Below are positions 1-11,500 of a stretch of DNA of 64,000 bases, one piece after another (position 1 is the first letter of the stretch; each line of letters begins with the position of its first letter). The stretch is taken from contig NOWV01000011.1 of assembly GCA_003344405.1 (NCBI GenBank), forward strand, positions 558,001 to 622,000, given 5' to 3'. This DNA comes from Trichoplax sp. H2 (Eukaryota). Made by a program: the position numbers and the translations under genes. Under the pieces are notes generated by a model. The model saw only the letters and a program-made list of their open reading frames with translations. It made no database searches and was not told the DNA's origin.

Positions 1-251
1 ACAGCCCGAATTAAGAGTACAATCTTCTGAATTTCGAGCTTAAGACGTCTATATAAGAGCCTATAAGTACAATGTTCACCATATCTAAGATTACAGTAAT
101 ATTCGTCTAGTGTTTATGCAGTTTATCAGATCTGTTCTAGTGAGAATTCAGGAAGAATACTTATCATCATACTTGAAATAACCAATACGGTACCTAAAGT
201 AAATCTTGGTTAGCTATCCTAACAATTTTCTACCCATTTCATTTGTTACAG

Positions 252-3200
252 AGATATTTTTACACTGGTTTTAAATATATTAACGCTAGCTATTAATATT
301 CTAATGATTGTGGATTGGAGAGCAGCTGAATTTGGCGTTGCTAATCCGTATGTAGAAATATTATTAATCTCTATTTTATCCAACTAATTATTTCAGAAAT
401 ACTTCAAACTAGTGTATCGAATCAATTAGCGAAATACTTTTATCATTCATTAAGCGCAATTTAAATCAACATCTCGTAATTAAATTTTATTCTATTCTGT
501 CTAAACTCTAGTAATGCAACTTTATTTGCAAATCCTATACCCGTGGTTACCTTACCTATCTATAATATATTACTGTTTACGATGGGACCGCTGCATAGTG
601 TGGCTTGTTTATTCATCATTATAAGCTATTTTCTATCAAATCAACCCAAATTACCTACAATTGATATTTGGGGATCAAGGTGACAAGATATTGCAGTCAA
701 ATTCTTCACATAACTCAAATATAAATGTTAAACCGTGCAGCTTATTTATTTTTGCTATCTTGGATCATAGGAAAAGAGAACAAGTTAATATTTTTGCCCC
801 AGCCAAGCGGCAACGAACATCCTATTTAGAGCATAAATTTCTGAGCTTTAAAACCTTTTATTTATTGGTAAATTCATTTATCTACAAATCTATATTTAAA
901 TAACTTGATATAAGTTAAAGCATTGTATCTAGCATCCTTCACCAGTTAATCAATTGATCTACACCACGTTATATCGATAGTAGAGTGATCCACTTTAAGA
1001 AATTATAGCGTTTACCAGTCCTTTATGAATTGCTAATAATTCACGAGCCAATTCTGATAGTACAGTTGCTAAGAAATACCTAAATTTTTTGCTATTTGAT
1101 CATTGTTTGTTTTAATTAGCTAACCTAAGGTTTCGTTTATGTCATGATGATTAGATATTGCTAGTCTTTTCTATCTTGGGCACTTGTTATCGTGGCTACT
1201 TTTTTGCCTTGCATCTCTTACACACGGTGGCCAACAATAATCTCTTTAGTCGAATTATTAAATCTGTGACATTAAATGGTAAGATTTGTTTATATTTATT
1301 GCATTGATCTTCATTAATTGCCTCCTTAATTCGAATTAAATCATAACTAATAGAGTTATTATTCTAATTATGGAATTGGGTTGTGTAATTGAGAGTTACA
1401 ATTATGATGTTGAAATTATGAAATTTGCCTTAGTAACTAGAATTGGATCATAACAGGGGTAGTGTTTAATAATCTGATTGCTAAATTGGGTCATATAGTT
1501 GAATTAAGAATTTAGTTATCTATAATTTTCCTAATTTAGATTAAATCGTTACGATAGAGCTATTGAAATCAATCTAGCTATTAAGTCGAAACAGGAGAAC
1601 TGGAATTAGCCAATTTTACCAGAAACAGCCTTCTTGATTGAAATTATTTTAACGGATGTACAAAATGATTCATCAGCTGTACTGAGTTCTTTAGTTTAAA
1701 AATGATCAGATTTACTTTTAGTTGTATCCTTAATTAGGATAAACATAGTATAGTATGTAGAATGGATGGTCTACAAGTCCCATTTAATCTTTTACATTAC
1801 GCTCTATTTTATCTTTTAAATCTTAAAATATATTTATCCATATTTTAACTTGACATTTGGCGGTCTACTCATTATTAATACATTTAGCAGTCTACTCTTT
1901 GGTAATCCAGTTAATAGCCCTCAATTAAAATTATTTCATCCTTTCGTTTTAGGGAGATCACTGATCGTTGTCGGCATTTTGGGAGTGATTATGATTTATA
2001 TCTATTCAGTAATTGCTTTCGCTAGCTTTAGAGAATGGTTTGATAGCAAGGGTGGTCTATTTTGTGGAACCCTTGGACAATGTTTTGTAACTGGTATAAG
2101 AGTTGGATTTCTTAGTGGTTTCCATGAGGTAAGTTGCCATTCACTTTTAAACTAGGATTATTGATAAGCTTATTACATCGAATTTCTTAACCCGTAATTA
2201 ATTTTTATCTAGAGTCGTTATAGTTGCATGTAATATTATATTAGATCACTAAGAAAAGATCTTTAACTTACAGTATCAATGAGTAATTATTGGTCATAGA
2301 ATCACAACCTTAAATATTTATTAGCCATCTACAAATAGTTTTCAGAACGAGATAGGGCTGTATATGTACATCTAGTAACACATTTCGATTCAATATTCTT
2401 TGTATATACGTGTATACTTAATATCAATTCTCGCTATGTTATGGCTGTTAGGCGCTTGGTCCGACGAATCAAAAATTTGAATTCTATGCCTGGAAATTAG
2501 TATTTGATTTATCGTTTTACATCTTAGTCACGACTATTGGTTTAAACATCATCTTTGGTATCATCGTTGATACATTCTCAGAATTGCGGCAAGAAAAGGT
2601 AAAACCAGTCGAACGAGCTATTTAAAAGAGGATAACAGCTGTTTCATGAACTTCATTATTCTAAAATTAAACTCTAACTGCTACTACTTTGAGATATTAA
2701 ACAAAATTGAGTTTGGCTTAACTTATAGCATTAGCATGTAAATCTTTTTCTCAGATAAATTAACATTTATCCCATTATCTTACCGTAGTATCAAACAGAA
2801 CATGATATGGAGACCTACTGTTTTATTTGTAGCAAGACAAACTACGAATTTGAACATTATGGAAAGGTAGTAATAGCATAAATTGCAAAATTAATAATAC
2901 CTGTAGATGAATTTATAGAAAGATATATGCGCTATTATTTCAGTTGTATGGCAAGCTAAATAAAGACCTACGTGTGTTTTCGAAATAGTCTCTTTTGCTA
3001 ATTAACGTATGTCTTTCCCACAGGGATTTTATCATCATGTTAAACATGAGCATAATATGTGGGATTACCTCTACTTTTTCATCCATTTGGATGATGTTCG
3101 AAAGAATGACTATACCTATATTGAATTATATGTTCATGAATTGGTAAGTTGCCCATAAACTTGTCTAAATTGAAAAAAGCTGAAAAGATTTCAAATCTAA

Positions 3201-3848
3201 ACCTTAGTTAATTTTCCGTCTCGATCTTTTTTGAACTTCTCTCTTCGAGAGCTAAGTAACGTAATTAATACTTGTTAGATTATACAGTTGATGTTGTATG
3301 CTCTATACTGCATACTCGCACATCGACTTCTTCTAATAGCAGCAATAACGACGATATTTTAATAACCAATTATATCATAATGCAGATGGAGAAAGATCAA
3401 TTAGAATTCTTTCCCTTGAATCAAGCCTTGACGCTACAAGATTTTAATACATCTCAAGAGCAGAAATTAGAAGATTTAGCTCTTAAAGTAGAAACTTTAA
3501 TTAAGCGACAAGAAGAAAATGTACGTATACTAATAGAATGCCGCGTATTAAAATAAAATTACAAGATTTGTAGTTTTAATGGACACTTTCAATTAGACAT
3601 GTAAAACTAGATACTGAGTACTGTATCGGCATTAGTGGAGACTCTTAGAAACTTATAAAGTGTGTTTCAATAATAATCTTTGCTCATGTTATACCCTAAA
3701 TTAGGACTTGGTTAAGAAAATGGAGAACAAGCGGCGGAAAGAACAAGATTGGGAGCAGATGCATCGAGATATTGCTATTAATAACGGACGTCAACGATCC
3801 AATACAGTTACCGGATTTAACGAATATGCTGCTGACGCTGAGGTTTAA
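252..3848 (+). CDS. IP3 receptor / ryanodine receptor superfamily Ca2+-release channel, C-terminal transmembrane/pore/zinc-finger region (5'-partial; N-terminus lies upstream of the window)
   Basis: In-frame GT-AG exons: 252-347, 512-679, 771-867, 1155-1278, 1953-2128, 2452-2598, 2789-2866, 3024-3143, 3386-3520, 3705-3848 (TAA). The translation contains YFFALHLL...IIKSVTLNGRSL (S4-S5 linker), LVFDLSFYILVTTIGLNIIFGIIVDTFSELRQEK (S6 and gate), DMETYCFIC...HHVKHEHNMWDYLYF (C2H2 zinc finger) and EFFPLNQALTL, all hallmark IP3R/RyR motifs. Confidence 0.93.
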
Positions 3849-5532
3849 TAACAAGTAGTCAACATCCATTTAAGTAAATGTGTATCATGCCTATGTATCT
3901 GTTATATGTGCTAAATGTGGAAGTAGCCAGGTTATTAAATTTTCCGTGTATCTCTCTTAGCCTATATGAAGAATGCTTTTATTAGTATACTCGACCAGAA
4001 CCATGTTATGCCTTGATAGTTTATAGCTATTATACGATTTATTTATTAATTTAAAATTTAATAGTATAATTTCATTCTACATTCTAAGAATTTTTAGTCG
4101 ATTTTTCAGTATTTTTAAATGAAGATAAGGATTCAATGTCATTATTTTGAGTAGTAGCTATATTTCATCATAACACTTGCATATATATTCTGAAAGAATT
4201 TAGTCTACTTCAAATTATTGACGTGTCTATTTTTTTTAGCAAGCATTTCATAATTTGTATTACACTTAAAAACAGCTCTTGTGATCCAAGCATAATGGAT
4301 TCATTTTGAAAATGATCATTGACGACCTAAGCCTAATAATGGCTTAGTAAATCCAAAAGCCGTATGGAAATCGTTAATAATTGTTCTTGCATGTTGCATC
4401 TTCTGGTGCTACGCAATTTTTATCATAACCAAGATACTTTTGCTAGCTCTATCAAGGTTATTTTAAGGCTTAAGGCCCTATTGCAAAATGACTTAACCTT
4501 ATTCATTTCTCGAATAATTAGTACTTGTTTATGTGTTTTAAGAAGTTTCGTATTGCTTAACGGAGATTGTAAGAATAGGCAATTAGGATTTATTGCTAGC
4601 TCTGCCAACTTTCCTACCTATTGTAGATTTCGAATTCTAAATCAGAGTTTAAATCAAGGTTGATATATTGGTATTTCAATCATGGATATCAATTGGTTTA
4701 GAAGCGTGATAATTTAATTAGCATTAATCTTGCACTCCTTCATTACTTTTCCTATAATTCTTATTTTTAAACATGAATTTTATTGAATCAGATGGCACTT
4801 GAATTGTCCGCAATGAACTATTTGTGGATATTAGCGTAGTCGTCATTAATGCACTAACTTTAATTAAGTAATCTAATTTATTAAGAAATTGATATTATTT
4901 ATATATCGATCCAAAGCGTCAATTAATAAAAAGAATTTTACCAGCAAAAAACAATTTTTTACTTATATATAACTCTGATTACATTGGTAAATGTAGTCCA
5001 ATTTCATCAATATTAGGATAATGCATTACTTATTTTGGGGGACATTATTGGCAAAAGGCATTATATAAATCATTGACGAGGTGGAAATGTTAAGTATGAA
5101 AATAGGTAATTTGCTTAGATTGAATTAAAATCAGAAAGAAAGCAAGAAAAAAAGTCAATATCAATATTACACTAGTATATCATATAGGCGTCTATAAACG
5201 ATATCGAACATTGTCTATCTAGAAATCATAGAACAAATTCAAATAAAAGAGTTTTTCCATATAGTCAAGACCATTTGTTTATCTTATAGAACATTTATGA
5301 CCATTAATATAATTTATAAATTTGGATATATAACAATTATCTGCATTAAAAAGGAAAAAAAATTTCTCTATTCAAGCATTGATCGCTAGGCGAGCATTTC
5401 AGAACAACATATCCTCAGCAATTTTAACTCTAGCATAAACTTGCGGTGTTATAAATTACTGTTGGGCCTATAATACAAGCAATTTGGAAATATCTTTTAG
5501 TGGAATGGATGGAGTATATATGAGTTAACAAA

Positions 5533-8500
5533 TTATTTCCGCTGATACGGGTTCGGTTTTGTAGTTTGCTGGATAGATGAAGCTCCAGAGAGGCTAGGGC
5601 GATCAACATAGGTCTTTTTTGGATCGAAAGTAGATATGGGAGCATCGGCTCTTGTACGAGAATTAGCTATTAAATTCTTGTATGGATTGGGCTTGTGCGA
5701 TACCTATAATTTTATATCAAGAATATTCTATATATTACTTTTCTGATCATTAGCGGTGGGGATAAGCATTAATCCTCATGGAAGTTAAAAAGAATGAAGA
5801 TTTTTTCAAGCCTAAATAACTGTCGTCTTAAATGAAATTTTGAGATTTTATGCTGTGCTCTAAAGGTACAAGCTAAAGATTTAGTTCTATGAGTAATTAG
5901 ATTAAAGTTTAAGATTTTATTGTAAACTCTATTGTAAACGTACAAGTTAAAGATTTAGTTCTATGCAGGTACTGCAATAAACTTAGTTTAAGAAATGTAT
6001 ACTGCAATTATCTCACTGGTATAGGTAGCAAATGAGAGTTTTGGAAACAGCAGACGTACATTCAATAGAGAGTAAATGCTTTCGTTACTTGGACTCCTTA
6101 TCATATCACTCATTGACGGAGATATCTGGCTCGAAGGTAGTGAAGTCTTTTTATAACCGTATGTTGGACCGCTAGAATCTGAGGATGTTGACGCATTTTC
6201 CATCGATTTTTGTAGAGCAAGTACAAATGCGTCAGCGCTTTGTTCATCGAGTTGTTCATCCGCTTTTTGCGAATTAGATGGTTCGCTTGTTTTACTACTT
6301 TCGATATTGATGTTGGCCATTTCTTGTTGTAATTTATCATCCAATGATCGGAGCCTGAAATATTTTATAGAAAAAATTAATATGCACCTATTTTGTCGGT
6401 AGTGGATATATGATTTCTTGTTGTGGAACTTTAATGCACTAATAAAGTCCGTGCAGATATTATGGATTAACTGTAATATATAATATGTAACAGAGAATAT
6501 ATAATGTAATGCAAATATTGCATCTAATATAATATATTTTACCGGTAGTGGACACATGATTTCTTGTCATGAAACTTTATTACACTAGTACAGTTCTAGC
6601 AGATATTATGAAATAAATGTATTTAATATGGCTATCCTGACACTAGACAATGGTGGAAGTTATCGCTTTATTTTGCTGAAATACTTACTGTTCCATAGCT
6701 ATATTTTGATCCGTACTAGAACTTGCATCGCCCTTTGATCGATTAGGTAGATCAATCTTATTCTTTCCTTTATATTTTATATCATTGCTATCTTGATCCT
6801 AAACATTATTTTTGATCGTGATAGTGTTAGTATTAGCCAATCATCTACGGTACATTTCTCAGTTTGCAAGTTAATAGGAATTGAACTTACGGAAACGGCA
6901 ACATAGGGATTATCGTGAGCACCACCAATATCAGTGCTATTGCTTTGGTCGCGGTCGCCTTCCTCATAGATTCCTTTCCTACGATAAGAACGGGATGAGT
7001 CAAGTCCCTGAGCGATGGCATCATGTAGTGGGCTATTGCCAAGTAAACCAGCGATGATAATCAAACCAGCTCCTGTTGAAAATAATAGGACATAAATTAG
7101 CTGAGGTATTAGCAAGTCCATTTTAATAGCTAAATTCTCTAATAGTATAAGATGCTGGAAATGAAATATTTTTAATGAAATAGTTTATAAGGAATAAATC
7201 AATTGCTAAAATGATTTAAAAGAAATAAATCGATTATTTCTGTCCTATAATATAGGATCAAAAGCTAGGAAATACGAGTGTGTATAGAATGACTTTAGGA
7301 TACTGTATTTGGATGATAAGATGACGATACTTACCGACAAGTGTAACTATGAATGACCAGGTTGCCCATTTTCTTTCTCGTAGAATGAAATATTCTTCCA
7401 CTGCTGTTACTGCAGGGATTAAAACGAGTAAACCATCGGTATTAATTGGACCTAAAGATTATCATACGAATATATTTAGTAAAGAGCCCAATCAGCAATT
7501 CCCTGCATTTTACATCCTTTATTCCATGACATTCAATTTCTGTTGTGACTGAAAACTGACCTATTTGGCGATATAAGGCATATCTAGCCAATGCTGCTAG
7601 GAATGCTAATAGTACTCCGGCATAAATAAATCCAATAAGTCCCAGGATATCGTTAGTGGTCGTGCTAATTTCCTGTAATATTAGATAATATTACAATATT
7701 ATCGTATGTAATAAATGCAAGTAACGTATCAGTTTAGTTTACATTATTGCAATCTATTTTATAATTTTTTTTTCCATTGCATTCCTTAAATGCTAAGCTA
7801 TCCAATTTTCAAATTGGACATTAGTACGACATAATTTTGAGATATCTGCATTATGGTATATCATACTGGTGAACTCTAAATTGCTAATTGCCATGTAAAT
7901 AATTGTGCGCAATTCCATGCCGCACAAAATTCTTGATTAGCTAAATTAATTTTGAGAACTATATAAAGTAAATCATCATCATTAAAAAGATAGATTTACG
8001 CTGTATAATTTTCAAATCGGGTATAGTAAGGCATATTTTCATGGGCATCTACATTATATTATACCGTATCGTAATGGAATCTAAATTACTAAGTATCATG
8101 TAAAATCATTTTATAATAATTCCATGCCACACAAAATTTACGTTAAATTAAATTCTCATTATTGAAAAATCCAATATAGGTTTAGGGTATTTTTAATAGA
8201 CAGCACGGCATAGTAGTGGGTTTCTGATATATCCTAGCCTTTGTTCATTGTAGCCATGATCAAACTTACAAGTGGAAATCCGGACAGTCCATTCAGCCCT
8301 GCCCAAAGGGAAATACCAGTAATGGTTCCTATAACTTGCATTAATGCACCACCGACCGTGTAATGAATCATTTTACCATATCGTTTCCAGAGTACTAAAA
8401 GAAAGGAATGAAGTGATATAGTGTGCTTTTGAGTACTAATGCACTGTTAAAGTTGAGTCTATAATTTAGCTAGAAAAAAGTTAGTCTGACGATAGTAGTA

Positions 8501-11500
8501 GAAGACAGATTTACGAGAATTGAAATTAAACAGTTAGCTGTGAATATTTTAACGTTGAATTGCGTCTATAATTTAGCCGGAAAGTGAGTAAATTTGAGCA
8601 CGACAATAGGTGATGGATTAAAAGTGATCGAAATAAAATAATTAACTTTGAATACTATTAAAATGATGACATGGTGTCCATAACTTACTGGGGGATAAGT
8701 TAGTTTAATGATAGTATTCAACGCTATTATTTGATCGAAATGAAATTGTTAACTTTAAATAGCGCTACACTGTTGAATTTGTGGCCCTTAATTAGTGGAG
8801 AAAACGTTTGTTTGAGGGCAGTAGTAGAAGATGAATTTAATAAGATTGAAATGAAATTATTAACTATTAAATAGTGTTACACTGTTGAAGTCCACAACTT
8901 AACTAGGGAAAAAGTTCGTTTAAGGGAGGTGATAGAAGATAGATTAATAGGATTAAATCATTCTAAATATCAATAACTAGTCTAAATAGATTTCTTACGG
9001 GGAAGGTAGTTTTAGCCTATTTCTAAGTCTAGTATGTTAACCTACCTGCGCTAACTGACCACGAGAGAGAGCCAAGGAAGCAGAATCCTAACGCCATAAA
9101 ATAAAATAACGAGTCTTTGCCGCATGCTTCCGTATAGCTGCTTTTAATACATGTTAATATCGCTGGAGGTAAGACTGACGAATCGCAAGTGCAATTATAG
9201 GTAATCATTTCGTAAATTGTTGGCGTAACAGTCGCACCAACGCCAATAAATCCTATTAGTATTACTAAACTTCGTAGGACTGTCGTTATTGCTGATGTTT
9301 TCTATTTAAATGAATAAGAAAATGAAATGAATTCTTTTAGTAAAGTTTCTTTCAGGTATGAATTAGTTAATATTGTTTTACTGTGGAGTACAGTAAATGT
9401 AGTAATGATGCTTTTCTACACATTGCTGAGAAGCAGAAGTAGAGTTTTGAACACAAGTTTTAACATAAATATATATGTAGGTGTAGTTTGGAATAGACCA
9501 TTTCTTCCGAAACTTTCTACAAGTAATGATAAAATAGAGAGCTTTCTAGCAAGATTGAATGATAGATTGTTTTCTTACTATTACAGAGAAATAAGATGTA
9601 GAATTCTCAAAGATTCTTACGCAGCTTGCTAAATGAGTTAAATTTTAGTAGATTGAATTCAATGTAAATTGGACCGAAATTGTACTAAATCAGGTCTAAA
9701 TAGAGCATTCCGCAAGCTCTTGAAAGTAATACGAGTGCAAGTATCATTTCCTAATTAGATCTCGACTTTATTAGCTGCAAAGCGAGTGCAAGTCACAAGT
9801 TAATGTTAAAACTGCGTTACAAAAAGTAAAAAAAATTTAAAATTTAAAATTTAGTGCTACGAAAAGATTAAAGGCGGCAATATTCTACCTAATCCACCCC
9901 ACATTAGAAATAGGCCAAAACGTAGACAGGGTCTTATGAAGATATTCGGTAACCTTCGAAATAAGACTTTGAATTTGTTGTGTAAATTAGTGTTACGGAT
10001 CTAATACGTCACTAATGGCAGTTGGATATCAAATTGAAGGGGAACTTTGGGAACTCTAATAAAATGGTTGTCTTTTATGTAATCATACAATAAATTATAC
10101 CAGCCTTGCTAAAGATATTTGAATTGTATATCATGACAGTTTTTAAGAGTCTTCTAAATCAGTTTCTTAGAAGTAGTTTTACTATTATTATTAAACCTTA
10201 AGAAATGTCACAAACTGAAAGCTACCGAAAGTATTTGATAGAAGTGGATGTTTCCGGCCTTTATGACCATTTTTAATCTTTTATATGTACGTGATTGATC
10301 CATAAAGACAATTTACAGTGACGTTGTAGACATTTTCCACTTTCTTCGTGAAAGTTTATCAAGTATGACAATTACTCTTACAACTTTCACTCCTTCGAGA
10401 CAGTCTTTAAGGAGCGCATTTAATATTGGATAATTAATACAGTATAGAATAAGGTTGATAGATAGGCCATATTCAATATGGACTACTGTCCGTGTTGAAA
10501 AATCTCCGTCTAACTCCATGTTTACAGTAGATTGCACATAGAGTTAGTCAGAGGCAACGATCCTGCTTTCAAAGCCTTGATTTAAAAAATGAAACTACTT
10601 AGAAGATACAAAGAACTCTAATAAAGTGATAAAAATGTCTGTAATCCATTCTGCCATCACAACCGAAAGAAAATAGGACAAAGGGTGATGTTCTTGTTAT
10701 TACCGATGGATGAGAAATGTAAATGTTACTTAGTGAATTAGTATAGGAAGCCATAACACATGTGCTAGAATGATTAAACAGAAACACTTTCTTTTATCGA
10801 ATGAATACTGTTTCAGTACTTGACTATTATTAAGGGATAAAGACAAAATTTTTCCAGCCTTATTCGTCTATTTGATCTACGCTATCCGCGTCATGATAAA
10901 CTGGGATAAAAATTAGCCTTATCCATTAATTATTGCAGTTGATTCTAATCCATAAAAAAATCATAACTTATTTTTTTATCAGTTATTTCCATATTCTTCA
11001 GATCTAGCTTGAACAATCAATTCTTCTCGAATAATATTAGAAAGCACTATATATGTGTTAGTAATCATCAATGGAGCCACTTTCTTCTGTCTAAAGAATA
11101 TTACTTCAATACTTGACTGTTCTTGGATATCACAAACTGGGATAAAAATTAGTAAACTAGTTTACTAATTTTTATCCAGTATTTGGCTATCAGTAAGTAA
11201 TCGCGGATAAAAAACCAATTAAATTTTACTGTAAACCTTACTAGCGCAATACGGAAATACATGGGAGTGCTTTTCAATAACTATGTGCTGTAATAAATTA
11301 GGTATATTGAATCTATTTTTTCACCGTAGGGTCAAAAATAAGGAAAGTTTGTACCCCATGGATAGAGATTTATTGAGTGGAATCAATTGAGTATATTCTT
11401 CAATCCTAACTTGATCCCTATTATGCCTTAAAGCAATCTTTTTCCAAGGATGAATTAATGCAAATTGTGACTGTATTAAGTATTGCGAGCAAAGTCTTTA

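Noticed and set aside
2346-2359. Possible hidden microexon (ttttcag|AACGAGATAGGGCT|gtatat) inside the pore-loop intron
   Set aside because: 14 nt would break the frame, and it does not encode GGGxGD.
4364-4663. Overlapping ORFs 4364-4663(+) and 4423-4608(-)
   Set aside because: No recognisable motif; they lie between two convergent 3' ends and are likely chance ORFs.
9889-9953. Exon-like segment with AG/GT boundaries in the EamA-like gene intron
   Set aside because: The flanking exons already join in phase 0 with a sensible EamA alignment; 65 nt would shift the frame.
10313-10787. Short minus-strand ORFs in the EamA-like intron
   Set aside because: Non-ATG starts, no recognisable domain, and no compatible splice phase identified.
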